64,000 nt of DNA from Clostridia bacterium (GCA_017409005.1 JAFQTP010000002.1:478497-542496), one strand, 5' to 3'; shown: positions 20,101-30,124, numbered from the stretch's first letter. The notes: generated from the sequence alone by a model not told the origin. Numbers and translations are program-made.

Positions 20101-23100
20101 TTGCAAATTGATGGAACTCAAATTAGTGGCGCAATTGATTCAAGCATGAAAGTTGAAGATTTCATTACAATTTCTGAAATTCCAGAAACTGATCCAGAAA
20201 ACCCTGAACTTGCAACTTCTAAAACGGTGTTCAACATTAAAAAGGGAACTCCATTAGGCGTGTTTATTAAGGCAACTTGCACAATTAAACTATATCAAAC
20301 AAACACAGGCTATATTGAAACTGAAAGTGCAGTTATTAACCTAGTGTTAAAACAAAGTGCAGTTCAATTTGAAATGTATTCACCATTTGTTATTGAATCG
20401 GCCGATAGTTTAGTTGTTAACCAAGCGGGCGAAAGTGCAGCCTTTGTTTTAGATGGTGGCGGAAACGATGGAACATTAGCAGATGGTTACGATTTACTTG
20501 CTGACTATGGCACAAGCACTGCTAAGCGTGATGTTTACGAATGGAAAAATAACGACCATGTTAAAGTTGAAGGAAAACAAGCCTATAAGTTAGTTAATGC
20601 AATTTTAGACGACGATGGCGAACTTGCTGGCTGGTGTACATTTGTAATTAACGATACAGCAAATTCCCCAATTTACTTTAAAAACGAAGGCGGACAAAAA
20701 ACTTACACTGCAATGCCTAAAAAGGTTACAGTAGGTGGTAAGTCTAGGTTCCAATTAGTTGTTTATGCTGAGCATATTTCAACTTCAAGTTCAGCAACTA
20801 TAACAATTACCGATCCTTTTGGCGATAAAACAGCAATGTATAATTTATTTGTTAGAAGTTCTATTACTTTAAGCAAAGAAAAAGATGGTGTTGCATACAC
20901 TGGAAACATTGAAACAAGAACAACAAATGCCGATGGTGGAAAAATTGATTTATCAAGTTTCTACAAAGCAAAACAAGGCGAAACCGAATTACAAACATCG
21001 TTTGTGTTTATCGACGAAGAAGGTAAGGTTTCGGCAACAAGTCCATATGCAACCATTACATCTGGTAAATATTTAACTCCTAAAGAGGTTTTAAGTAACA
21101 AAGTTGTTAAAATTGGAATGTACTACACATTAGAAGATTCTCAATATTTAATAACCGAAATAAACAATTCAAGTTTAGCTGTATTAATTACTCCAGGGTA
21201 TCAAATTGAAATTAACACCGAAATTCAAAATCCCGAGGCTAAAAAGATATCTATAAATTCAGGTGTTACAAAGAATTTCTATTCCGAATATGCAACTAGC
21301 CCAGATCAATTTATTAAAATTAAAAACTTAGCCGAATCTGTTTACATTTCTTCTGACAATATGGAAACAATGTTAACAAAATTAATTCGTTTAAGTTTCG
21401 ACGAAGATTTATTATCTGCTAGTGAACTTGCTATATTTAACACATTGTTTACTACTTCTACCGATAAAAATGCAATTAACATGGGCGAACTAAGAACAAG
21501 GGCAATTACAAACAACATTATGTTGCCAATTAGAATTAATTTCTTAGAGGGCGCAGTAGTTGCAGATGCAATAACAACAGGAAACGAAACCTATGTTGCA
21601 ACATTCTACGTTGAAGTTAAAGCCAGTGTAGATTTTGCAATTAAAGCTGTTAATATTGAAAATGAAACATATGATTCTAGTTCATTAGTTCTTAATGGAC
21701 AAGAAATAGAAAATGCCGCAATAGGTCATGTTTATTCTAAAATTAATGTTGATAAAGATTCTGATGGACAGATTGACCTTGGCGAATATAACATTACTTT
21801 ATTTGATAGTTCATTAACACCTGAAACAAACATTTTAAGTTTAAGCGGCGACGATGGTGTTGAATTATTAAATTCCACATTTATTAGTTACGTTTTATAT
21901 CGTCTAGATTACACAACTGGTAAATATTTAGAGGTTGTATCTGATTATAATGTAGCAATTGTTACAACAAGCAATGAATCCGGATTACAAACATTAGTTC
22001 TTAATATTAAAAATTCGGTTAATCAAGATGCTTACTATAAATTAGCAATTAAAACTTCAGTAAATAAAGATGGCGAAACCTTTGATTACTTCTTTACACT
22101 TCTACCAACATATCAATTAAAGGTTAACTATCCAATTGTAACAGGTCCTGAAAAAGTAACCGCTGGTTCAACAATTGATTTGTTTACAAACTTTATTAAC
22201 ACACACCGTCGTTACGAAGTTTACAGAATGTTTGGTGCTGCTGAATATATTTATGGCTTTAGTTTAGATGCTAACACTCCAAACCTATATTTATTAACTT
22301 CAACTGAAGAAAGTTTAACTGAAAAAGTTTTACTATCCGATAATGAAACACTTGTAACATTTAGTGTTGTAGAGGGAGCAGGATATGCTAGCACTACTGG
22401 TAGTAAAATAACATTCGGAAACCCAGGTGCAGGTAGTCAAATAATAAAAGTAAGAATAACACTATTTAATGGTGCTTACACCGATTACGAATTTGAATTA
22501 TTTGCTTCATTAAACATTCCTGCAATTTCAATTAATGATGGAAACAGCGCGGCTGTTGAAGCTTATGCTGGAAACTCAGTTAACATTTTAGATTATATTT
22601 CAGCAACTTCAACTCCAGACGGATTTAAATTCGTTATAAAATACAATAGTTATTCATCTGTTGTTGCAAAAGTTGATGGTCAAGATTTAAATGATGTTAA
22701 CCAAATTATTGATTATTCCGGAAATCAACTACTTGTTGAATTTGCCGATGTAGAAAGTGAAACAATTGTTTCCTTTGGCGTATGGCACACTTATAGCGTT
22801 GATGGAAATCCAGATTCGCAAGCAACGCTAAACATTAAGTTGCTTCCAAACCTACAAGTAAAAGTAAACAAAACTTCTGAAGGTAAAAATGTTGTAACCG
22901 AGTTAGTTGCTGGTGTTGAAACTCAAATCGTTTCACAAACCGACACAACATGGTTAAAAATTTCTAACGACAACTATGCAGGTATTTCAATCGATTTAAC
23001 TCAAGTTGATGGGGTAGAATATAAAACAACAGCAAACCCGGTTGAAAACTATCTTGGTGTAACAATTTCTGAAGTAACACAAACTGTTGATTCAGAAGAA

Positions 23101-26100
23101 AAAGTTGTTGGATTTAAGTTTATTTCAAGCAATATTGGTTATGCTCGTAATTTAGTATTTACTGTAACTAAAACTGGCGAATTAACTTATGAATTTACAT
23201 TTGAAATAACATTAGTTCCAAACATTAAACTAAACAGTGCATATATAACTGGCAATGCTTACTCTATCACAGCTGCGGCTGGTGCTGAAATGCCAAGTGG
23301 CAAATTAGTAACTTTAAATTCTATTGATGGAGTATTTAAACCAACCGATTATAGCAATAATCCATTAAAGCTTGCTGAGGATAATGGTAACGCTGAAGGT
23401 ACTGTTACTTTCACAGCTGAACACTCCGACGCATACGGAAATACAATTGCAAACACACCATACGCTTTAGTTGGTGCCAACGTAAGTAAAGATAACTTAA
23501 ACGTTACGGTTGCTGCTGTTAACACCGATGAAAAAGTATTTATTAAAGTTACATTTACTTGGGTGGGTGGCGTAGAACCATACGAAGCAGTTATTAGCTT
23601 AGTTATTGTTCCAAACCTTGCAGGCGGAACAAATGCCGATAAAGTAGAGTATTCAACCGAAAACTACTTGCCTGTGTTTGCAGGTTCAACGGTTGAGTTG
23701 AGTTTTGCTAATAGTTTAGAAATTTCACAAAGTGGAAAAACCGCAAAAGTTGTTGCTAAACAAGAAACAGCAGTAAAAGATTTTACCAATGTTAATATTG
23801 TGTTAAATATCGATGCTCATGCTAATTCACAAACTCCAGTTTACTATCAACTATATGTTGACTCTGGTAGATATTACATTTTCTTCAAAGGCGTTCCAGC
23901 TGTTCAAATGATAGAAATTCCGGTTTATTACGATTTAACTGGTAAAATTAGCGGATTAAAAACATCTTCTGAAATTAACTTTAACGATGCAAAAGTTGTT
24001 AAACCATCAGGAAAAGTTGTTAGGTTTAGAATTAGCCCAAGTATTTCGCAAATTGCTTATACAAGTGCCAACCATACTACCGAAGCTAATGCAATTAACA
24101 TGACACAACAATTATTAGATGTTTATAACAATGGTTACGATGGCGAAGGAAACATAGTTTTAACTGGTGGACAAGGTGTTTTAGTAACCGATGGCGCAAC
24201 ATTTAACCAAACACAAATTAATTCAGTAACAAATCTTCAAAACAGATACACATGGTTGGGTAAAGTTGACGATAACTCAGACGATATTTTCTATAATGTT
24301 AATGCGTTTGACTTATTAAGCTTGTTTACATTTACACCTGAAACTGGTGTAACATTCACAACCGATCCAACAAAAATTTATTCTAATCTAAGTGCATTAT
24401 ATTCTAGCATTAACTATTCGGTATCAGGTAAAATGGGTAGAGCAGTTGCTTCAACCGATACATGGGAAGAAATTTCTCGTCCAGAACAATATTACACTAT
24501 CGATAAAGAAAGAGGTATTTTATATATAATTCCTCCAAAACAAATTGGCGAAAAGAATGCTATGCTATTAAAAGTAGACGTTCAATTACCAGGTAAAACT
24601 GGAGCCACATCAACACAAACAGTTTATTTAAAACTTCAGTTTGCTGGAGAATATGAGTTTAGCGAGGGTGTAAAAGTTCAAATTGGTAATGGTGGCGAAA
24701 TTATTAATAAATTTGAATTTGCTCAACAAACAACCGACACTTTAACCGAAGTTACAACAACATATGGTATAGATTTAAATAAAACAAAAGTTGTTGGTAC
24801 TGATACTGTTTATGTTACAGAATATAACCTAAATGATTACTTCAATTATGGCTTCTTATTACGTAGTTACGAAGAAGAAAACCTATATTATACTGAGTCA
24901 ATTAATAAAACAGCAAGATATGCGTTTGTTCAAAGAGGCACAGGCAGATATAAATATTATTTATTAGATAACATTGGTTTAAGTTATCGTTTCATTGATA
25001 ATAAATCGTCTGACTTTGCATCAATTGAAGTAAGAGAAGATGGAACTTATTTAATTCCAAACGTATACTTCCAAGAAGCTGGTGCTGAAATTAGAAGCGT
25101 TCAAATTGAAGTAACAGCAGGAAGCATTTCAAAAACATATAAAGTTTATATCCATCCAAGAACAGCTAGTCATAATTTTGAATTCGATGATACAGATGAA
25201 ACAAAATTTGTTCACAACCTAACAACATCTGTTGAAGGCGAAGTTCCAGTTTATAGTAGCGAAATTGAAATTTTACAAGAAGATTTAGCTTTAGATGAAT
25301 ATGAACTTGTTCAGTCGTGGTTACACTACGAAACCATGGACGACGGAACAGAAAGAAAATATAACTTTACATTTGTTCCAGATTTAAATCAATTAAAATC
25401 TACAATTACAGTTAAATTTAAAAACACAATTAGCGTTGATAGCGCTCAAAATCAAATATTTGAAGAGTATTTAACAATTACATTAACTCCAAATGTAGGC
25501 TTAACCTATAATAAGGCAGATGGTGTAGAAACAGAACTTACAACTACCGAAACACCAATTATTGTTGGTGCAAGCGGAACTTCTTCGTTGTTTGATACAA
25601 AAGTGTTTGCGCTTTCAAATAATGGTGCAGCAACAAGTTCGGCAGAGGCTGATTATTATAATGTAAACCTAACATTAACAGAAACTAATGCAGATGCCGA
25701 TTATGCTGAATATATTAGATTTATTGATGTATTTACAACCACTGATGAAAACGATTTAAATACTTATAAAATAACAAATGTTTCTAAAATTATGTTATTG
25801 CCAAATCAAATTTTATTAAATGTTTCATTGCCATTTACGGCAACCTTAACATTTACTAATGAAGGTGTGGTTTATACAATTACTCACAACTTTAGCTTAC
25901 TAATTAAAGCAAATGCTGGTATTACAAACCTACAAAGTTCTTATATTGTAGATGCTGCAGAATATTCAGTATCAAACCCAACAGTTGTTCAATCTTACAC
26001 CGAAACCGTAACATTAGGTAGTGGAAGCAATCCAGCGCTATCAGGTGTTAAAGTTATTGGAACAGGCGTAACAATTAGTTTCGAAGTGCTAGATAATGTT

Positions 26101-26394
26101 GGCGTTAGCGGTAATGGCATTCCAACATTAAGCGAACTTAGAAATTGTATTGTATTTGATATGCCGGGCTTTACAACTGTAACACATTCAAGTTTTGCAA
26201 CAACACAAGCAGGCGAACAAGAAATTTCTTCTATTGTTATGAACTTTAATGGATTGTTTACAACATACCCAGGATTAGTTGCATTAAATAGTATTAGCTT
26301 TAATGTTGTTTACACCGTTGATGGCGAATCAACAATATTAAAAACAATTACATTAACTATTCAAAATGGTTTTCATTCAGGCTATTCTGGATAA
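17161..26394 (+). CDS. giant (3077 aa) N-terminally membrane-anchored extracellular protein of unknown function
   Basis: Uninterrupted 9.2-kb ORF with SD GGAG 8 nt upstream. Single N-terminal TM helix (IVGIIFGALFGLIGVATAVAAISGAF). The remainder is T/N/V/Y/E-rich and beta-like. I see no LPXTG, SLH or catalytic motifs. Confidence 0.8.
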   Translation: MKKALKIVGIIFGALFGLIGVATAVAAISGAFSHPEISIESLSWETDKVRVVEDFQATVNFLPENANQLDVELNLVYAEGANVVEFPKTVKAGEPFNIKLKKDANGNNVGGEVVIQAKTQLVVSQTNLKILVDVPIPNDGLVIASDFDTEDEQNILDAGASDFSLYVFTNPTKALNPNTGSDIDLNVAYKNIQIKSANTSKLQILDEGTQTTGFYCPKYIEHEHTGPFKNANGVKFTTTTCDHGTALIPYKYIEYRARALESTQAPVIVTAKALRTYDMQEQYVDKSDAKYYENGEMTSDGRQQFLTDLSNYVAEFQDYLKTDTRVNYDSINASTVNYESGAAFIEAITKTNANGEKYIKIEDNRVHEEAAYFYLFVESRTLFNIEQIEIADVQSSYETSGRKVDFNLFDEVQQYDVADLKTIFDVSLKPTSDEFTSSDLEHRLKEIRVMAIMNKNVAEGEEDPYPNYDFEPNNYVFEIENPVSKDTPIWKVRCINSIKETDKQRAVRLRFYVPSSQTGDYTMGDPHADVPVQILINDVSEFKLYDTGATALATDMVINTEDVDGKSYRQELNSSRYILTGMGNQAPTYTTVKFFATSESAKTKLPDGTATSFFKANLSNSGTPTLLTMTHGEAGVIEAYEISYKVAGKNYLEAINVTDGSPLEVFAAVIKTDHNGKALDTEGVPEDDPAFNGNYQVIRRSANTINISINYYLEKLNFYTINDAGTYTLRNVPETGTGNTETVQLLAGSFYNFKVTPYELTEAGEFNAQSPKYSNTLVDYQTNLKWATNYAYNYGLLSFNTDSPDVSIYENNYDTTMACYNLTILAVINKTASAGYVAEAFDYRAFPTGVLYNTFSSTRSTVNMIVNYADISSFYVNATTDEEGTSKDYYVLSPVIEELTDSSDPGIKWRDTEAKSTDFAIKTNYSLDIQHKDGDKFNSKIDSCYGSESYVEDYVKMMTNPNATDKFSASWKLEFDHLDGLQIDGTQISGAIDSSMKVEDFITISEIPETDPENPELATSKTVFNIKKGTPLGVFIKATCTIKLYQTNTGYIETESAVINLVLKQSAVQFEMYSPFVIESADSLVVNQAGESAAFVLDGGGNDGTLADGYDLLADYGTSTAKRDVYEWKNNDHVKVEGKQAYKLVNAILDDDGELAGWCTFVINDTANSPIYFKNEGGQKTYTAMPKKVTVGGKSRFQLVVYAEHISTSSSATITITDPFGDKTAMYNLFVRSSITLSKEKDGVAYTGNIETRTTNADGGKIDLSSFYKAKQGETELQTSFVFIDEEGKVSATSPYATITSGKYLTPKEVLSNKVVKIGMYYTLEDSQYLITEINNSSLAVLITPGYQIEINTEIQNPEAKKISINSGVTKNFYSEYATSPDQFIKIKNLAESVYISSDNMETMLTKLIRLSFDEDLLSASELAIFNTLFTTSTDKNAINMGELRTRAITNNIMLPIRINFLEGAVVADAITTGNETYVATFYVEVKASVDFAIKAVNIENETYDSSSLVLNGQEIENAAIGHVYSKINVDKDSDGQIDLGEYNITLFDSSLTPETNILSLSGDDGVELLNSTFISYVLYRLDYTTGKYLEVVSDYNVAIVTTSNESGLQTLVLNIKNSVNQDAYYKLAIKTSVNKDGETFDYFFTLLPTYQLKVNYPIVTGPEKVTAGSTIDLFTNFINTHRRYEVYRMFGAAEYIYGFSLDANTPNLYLLTSTEESLTEKVLLSDNETLVTFSVVEGAGYASTTGSKITFGNPGAGSQIIKVRITLFNGAYTDYEFELFASLNIPAISINDGNSAAVEAYAGNSVNILDYISATSTPDGFKFVIKYNSYSSVVAKVDGQDLNDVNQIIDYSGNQLLVEFADVESETIVSFGVWHTYSVDGNPDSQATLNIKLLPNLQVKVNKTSEGKNVVTELVAGVETQIVSQTDTTWLKISNDNYAGISIDLTQVDGVEYKTTANPVENYLGVTISEVTQTVDSEEKVVGFKFISSNIGYARNLVFTVTKTGELTYEFTFEITLVPNIKLNSAYITGNAYSITAAAGAEMPSGKLVTLNSIDGVFKPTDYSNNPLKLAEDNGNAEGTVTFTAEHSDAYGNTIANTPYALVGANVSKDNLNVTVAAVNTDEKVFIKVTFTWVGGVEPYEAVISLVIVPNLAGGTNADKVEYSTENYLPVFAGSTVELSFANSLEISQSGKTAKVVAKQETAVKDFTNVNIVLNIDAHANSQTPVYYQLYVDSGRYYIFFKGVPAVQMIEIPVYYDLTGKISGLKTSSEINFNDAKVVKPSGKVVRFRISPSISQIAYTSANHTTEANAINMTQQLLDVYNNGYDGEGNIVLTGGQGVLVTDGATFNQTQINSVTNLQNRYTWLGKVDDNSDDIFYNVNAFDLLSLFTFTPETGVTFTTDPTKIYSNLSALYSSINYSVSGKMGRAVASTDTWEEISRPEQYYTIDKERGILYIIPPKQIGEKNAMLLKVDVQLPGKTGATSTQTVYLKLQFAGEYEFSEGVKVQIGNGGEIINKFEFAQQTTDTLTEVTTTYGIDLNKTKVVGTDTVYVTEYNLNDYFNYGFLLRSYEEENLYYTESINKTARYAFVQRGTGRYKYYLLDNIGLSYRFIDNKSSDFASIEVREDGTYLIPNVYFQEAGAEIRSVQIEVTAGSISKTYKVYIHPRTASHNFEFDDTDETKFVHNLTTSVEGEVPVYSSEIEILQEDLALDEYELVQSWLHYETMDDGTERKYNFTFVPDLNQLKSTITVKFKNTISVDSAQNQIFEEYLTITLTPNVGLTYNKADGVETELTTTETPIIVGASGTSSLFDTKVFALSNNGAATSSAEADYYNVNLTLTETNADADYAEYIRFIDVFTTTDENDLNTYKITNVSKIMLLPNQILLNVSLPFTATLTFTNEGVVYTITHNFSLLIKANAGITNLQSSYIVDAAEYSVSNPTVVQSYTETVTLGSGSNPALSGVKVIGTGVTISFEVLDNVGVSGNGIPTLSELRNCIVFDMPGFTTVTHSSFATTQAGEQEISSIVMNFNGLFTTYPGLVALNSISFNVVYTVDGESTILKTITLTIQNGFHSGYSG

Positions 26395-26543
26395 TTATGG
26401 TTTATTAGTAGGGGCATAACAAAATTAAATTATGCTTCTACTAAATAAACTAATAGTTAAAACTTGCAAAACATATCCAATTTAGTTGGATAAAAAAATA
26501 AAATGTTATATACTAATTATAATTAGAAATGGGGGAAAGTTTT

Positions 26544-27524
26544 ATGGAAAGATTAAGTAAAAACGGCCTAGACCTAATTAGATTATCAGCAGGTAAATTA
26601 AAAGGTGTTTGGGGTAAAGCATTTTTAGCTTCTCTAATTTATGTTGCACCATTAATTGCACTATGCTTCATTCCTTATGCTGGTTGGGCTATTTCCATTG
26701 CATGCTTTGGTTATTTAACTTTAGGTTTTATTAACTACATGCAACAATTATTAAAGGGTGAAAACCCAAGCTTAAAAGTTCTTTTTGTTCAAAAGGAATT
26801 TTCACAAGCAATTTTACTAGGAATTATTATGGCAGTTGGTGTTGTGGTTGGCACACTACTATTCATTATTCCTGGCGTTTTGGTTATTGCATTCTATTCT
26901 TTAAGTTTATTTGTTTTAAACGAAGAAAGAATTGTTAACGTAACCGACACATTAAACGTTGCTGCAAGAAAAATGCACAAAAACAAAACAGCAATGTTTG
27001 CTTACAAAGTTATTTTCTATTTATTCTATGCTTTAGTTGGCGTAGCAGCACTTATTGGTATGCTATTTGCAACAGCAATGTTTGAAACTCAAGCAGTTTG
27101 GGCAGTTGTTTTAGGCTGCGCTGTAATGCTTGTTGCAATTGTTTTAGTTGCAATTATCACAGTTTATTTCTATGCTGCAAACGTTGTTTTCTATAGTGAA
27201 ATTGTTCGTCCAGTTGTTGTAACAGATTATTCATTAACATCTGAACAAGTTAAACCTGCTCCAGTTGCAGATACTTTCACAGAAATTCCTGTAGAAGAAG
27301 GTATTGTTGTAGACGAAAATAAACCTGCTGAAGTTAAAGAAGAAGTAAAAGCAGAAGCTCCTGCAGAAGAAGTTAAACCTGCTCCTGCTAAAAAACCTGC
27401 TGCTAAAAAAGCAACAACAACCAAAGCTGGCACAACCACAAAAAAAGCTAGCACTGGCACAAAAACTGCTGCTAAAACTTCAACAACTAAAAAAACAACC
27501 ACAACTAAAAAAACAACTAAATAG
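26544..27524 (+). CDS. DUF975-family integral membrane protein with a Lys/Thr/Ala/Pro-rich C-terminal tail
   Basis: The N-terminal LKGVWGKAFLASLIYVAPLI pattern plus 4-5 TM helices is typical of DUF975. ATG 26544 is preferred because the GGGGGAAAG SD lies upstream. The tail reads [49 protein letters not shown]. Confidence 0.7.
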   Translation: MERLSKNGLDLIRLSAGKLKGVWGKAFLASLIYVAPLIALCFIPYAGWAISIACFGYLTLGFINYMQQLLKGENPSLKVLFVQKEFSQAILLGIIMAVGVVVGTLLFIIPGVLVIAFYSLSLFVLNEERIVNVTDTLNVAARKMHKNKTAMFAYKVIFYLFYALVGVAALIGMLFATAMFETQAVWAVVLGCAVMLVAIVLVAIITVYFYAANVVFYSEIVRPVVVTDYSLTSEQVKPAPVADTFTEIPVEEGIVVDENKPAEVKEEVKAEAPAEEVKPAPAKKPAAKKATTTKAGTTTKKASTGTKTAAKTSTTKKTTTTKKTTK

Positions 27525-27544
27525 TTTTTAAAAGTTAAAATATT

Positions 27545-27574
27545 AAAAAGCACCTTATGTTAGGGTGCTTTTTT
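27545..27574 (+). terminator. intrinsic terminator
   Basis: GCACCTTA-TGT-TAGGGTGC hairpin plus TTTTTT. Confidence 0.7.
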
Positions 27575-27647
27575 ATTTTGTTTTGCATAATAAAAAGTAT
27601 CTTTCAAATAATAAAACTATAAGCAATTTACATTTTTGGGAGGAGAA

Positions 27648-28196
27648 ATGAAAGATACTGGAATTGTTAGAAGAATAGACGAATTAGGTCGAATTGTAAT
27701 TCCTAAGGAAATAAGGCGAACAATGCGTTTAAAGGAGGGAACTCCGGTTCAAATTTACATAAACAAAAGCGGTGAATTAACTTTAACAAAATATTCACCA
27801 ATTATCGATATTTCCGAATTTGCACAAACTTTTTGCGATGTTGTTAACTCAGTTTTAAACATTAACATAATTGTTTTAGATAAAGATAGTGTTATTGCAG
27901 TAAGTTCAAAACTAAAAAACTATTCAGGCAAACAAGTAAGCTCGTCGCTTGAAGAGCTTTTAGAAGAACGAAAAAGCTTTTTATTTAATAGTGCAGATGG
28001 CTCTAAAATGCTCGAACTGTTTGTTAACGACGAAAACACCTACTCAAGCCAAATAATTGTTCCAATTTTGGCAAATTCCGATATTGTTGGCGGAATTGTT
28101 GCATTTTATAATAGTGCAGAAGATGGCAGTTTTAGTATGTCAGATGTAAAAACACTTCAAACCATTGCCAACTTTATGGCAAAGCAAGTTGAATAA
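27648..28196 (+). CDS. spoVT: stage V sporulation protein T (AbrB-family transcriptional regulator)
   Basis: SpoVT/AbrB swapped-hairpin N-terminus TGIVRRIDELGRIVIPKEIRRTMRLKEGTPV plus a GAF-like C-domain. ATG 27648 follows the GGGAGGAG SD. Confidence 0.9.
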   Translation: MKDTGIVRRIDELGRIVIPKEIRRTMRLKEGTPVQIYINKSGELTLTKYSPIIDISEFAQTFCDVVNSVLNINIIVLDKDSVIAVSSKLKNYSGKQVSSSLEELLEERKSFLFNSADGSKMLELFVNDENTYSSQIIVPILANSDIVGGIVAFYNSAEDGSFSMSDVKTLQTIANFMAKQVE

Positions 28197-29798
28197 ATGA
28201 AGAAAAAAATGAAACGCCAATCGGTTTTGGTTGGTGCAATAATTTTGGCTGTTGGTGGGTTAATTGCTAAGATTGTTGGTGCACTATATAAAATTCCGTT
28301 AACAAATATTTTAGGAACAAACGGAATGGGATTATATTATCTTGTTTTTCCGCTTTATAGTTTACTGCTAGTTTTAATTAGTTCTGGTGTTAGCTTGGCA
28401 GTTAGCAGACTTGTTAGTATGGAGCGAAACAATCATAATAAATTTAACGAGCAAAAAATTTTTAAAGTTGCATTAGTGCTTGTTTTTGTTGTTAGTTTAC
28501 TGTTTGCTTTGTTGCTTGTTGTTTTTTCTGAGCAAATTGCCATTTTGCAGGGTAATATTAACGCTAAAGTTGGCTACTTTGCAATTGCACCATCAATTTG
28601 TTTTGCGTCGGTTATAGCCGTTGTTAGGGGCTATTTTCAAGGGCAGGAAAATATGATTCCTTCACTTGTAAACAATGTTCTTGAGCAAATAGTTAAACTG
28701 GTTGCTGGTTTAGTTTTGGCAAACTTATTTTTATATAAAGGAATAACTTTTGCTGTGTTCGGAGCCATTTTGGGCGTAACTATTTCCGAGTTTTGTGCAC
28801 TAATTTTTATTGTTGTGCACTATATGGTTTACAAAAAACAATATATATACAAAATAGAAATTCCTAAAACGCCAAATTTAACAAATTTTGAGGCTTTTAA
28901 AAAAATTGCTAGTTACGCCTCCCCAGCAACGCTTAGTGCCATAATTTTGCCAATTACGGGCTTTTTAGATAGTTTTTTAATTATAAATATTTTAACAAAT
29001 GCAGGCTTTTCTAGTTTGCAGGCAACAAACCTATATGGCATTAGTAATGGAATTGTTAACACATTAATTAATCTGCCAGTTTTGTTGTGTGGTTCGCTTG
29101 CAACTGCAATTGTTCCAAATTTAAGTGGAATTTATGCCCAGAATAACGAAAAAGAAGTAAAGTTTAAAACTTCGTTTTTTATTAAAATAACTTGGATTAT
29201 TGCTTTACCATGTTTTTTAGTATTTTTAATTTATGCACCAGACATAATTTCGATTTTATATTCACATGGTTTAAGTGATTTGGTTATCGATGAATTTACA
29301 TTTGCCTATAAACTTTTAATGCTTAGTTCTGTAAGCATTTTATATTATGCTTTTCTGCAAACTTTTACATCAATTTTGCAAAGTATAAACAAGCCAATTG
29401 TGCCATTTTTTGCTATGATATGTGGGTTAGTGGTTAGAATGCTGTTTATTTTTATTTTAGTAGGTAACCCCAAAATTAACATTTTTGGCGTAACACTTTC
29501 AAATCTAATTTTTTTAAGTGTTGCGTGCATAATTAATTTAATTTACATTAAAAAACACGTGCAACTTTCGTTTAGTTTTTCAAAAATTTTGGTTGCCCCA
29601 ATTTCAGCTGCGGTAATTAGTGGAAGCATTATGTATGTGCTTAGGTTTGCCCTAATAAATTGCAATATTTGGCTTTATTGCGTTATTTCGGCAGGTGTAG
29701 GGCTAATTAGCTATGTTGCACTAATTATTTTGTTTAAAAGCTTTAATGTGCAGGAAACGCAGGTTTTTAAACATAAAAACATATTAAACAAAACATAA
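28197..29798 (+). CDS. MOP-superfamily flippase (YabM/SpoVB/MurJ-like)
   Basis: 533 aa with ~14 TM segments. It immediately follows spoVT, as yabM does in Bacillus subtilis. The N-terminal GAIILAVGGLIAKIVGALYKIPLTNILG is typical of SpoVB/MurJ-type proteins. Confidence 0.8.
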   Translation: MKKKMKRQSVLVGAIILAVGGLIAKIVGALYKIPLTNILGTNGMGLYYLVFPLYSLLLVLISSGVSLAVSRLVSMERNNHNKFNEQKIFKVALVLVFVVSLLFALLLVVFSEQIAILQGNINAKVGYFAIAPSICFASVIAVVRGYFQGQENMIPSLVNNVLEQIVKLVAGLVLANLFLYKGITFAVFGAILGVTISEFCALIFIVVHYMVYKKQYIYKIEIPKTPNLTNFEAFKKIASYASPATLSAIILPITGFLDSFLIINILTNAGFSSLQATNLYGISNGIVNTLINLPVLLCGSLATAIVPNLSGIYAQNNEKEVKFKTSFFIKITWIIALPCFLVFLIYAPDIISILYSHGLSDLVIDEFTFAYKLLMLSSVSILYYAFLQTFTSILQSINKPIVPFFAMICGLVVRMLFIFILVGNPKINIFGVTLSNLIFLSVACIINLIYIKKHVQLSFSFSKILVAPISAAVISGSIMYVLRFALINCNIWLYCVISAGVGLISYVALIILFKSFNVQETQVFKHKNILNKT

Positions 29799-29851
29799 AT
29801 GTTTAAAGATAATTTTTTTAGTTAATAATTTTAGAAAAAAGGAGATAAACT

Positions 29852-30124
29852 ATGAATAAATCTGAATTTGTAACCGAAATTTCTAAAAAAAGTAAACTAA
29901 CTAAAAAAGATTGCGAACTGTGCTTAAATGCCATTACACAAATAATTCAACACACTCTAAAACATGGCGACAACATTAACCTTGTTGGATTTGGAAAATT
30001 TGAAGTAAAGCATCGTGTAGCACGTCGAAGTTTTAATCCGCAAACCAAACGTGTTAACTTAATTCCTGCATGTAATGTGCCAAGTTTTAAACCTGGTAAA
30101 ACACTAAAAAGTATGATTAGTTAA
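29852..30124 (+). CDS. HU-family DNA-binding protein (divergent paralogue)
   Basis: 90 aa. GFGKFEVKHRVARRSFNPQTKRVNLIPACNVPSFKPGKTLK matches the HU arm. Confidence 0.88.
   Translation: MNKSEFVTEISKKSKLTKKDCELCLNAITQIIQHTLKHGDNINLVGFGKFEVKHRVARRSFNPQTKRVNLIPACNVPSFKPGKTLKSMIS

Noticed and set aside
26395-26528. The hairpins TAGTAGGGGCATAA...TTATGCTTCTACTA and ATCCAA-TTTA-GTTGGAT after the giant gene, considered as terminators.
   Set aside because: Neither is followed by a T-tract on the plus strand. They might still slow transcription, but I cannot call them terminators.
27227-27553. 108-aa ORF antisense to the DUF975 tail.
   Set aside because: It is the reverse complement of low-complexity K/T/A/P coding sequence.
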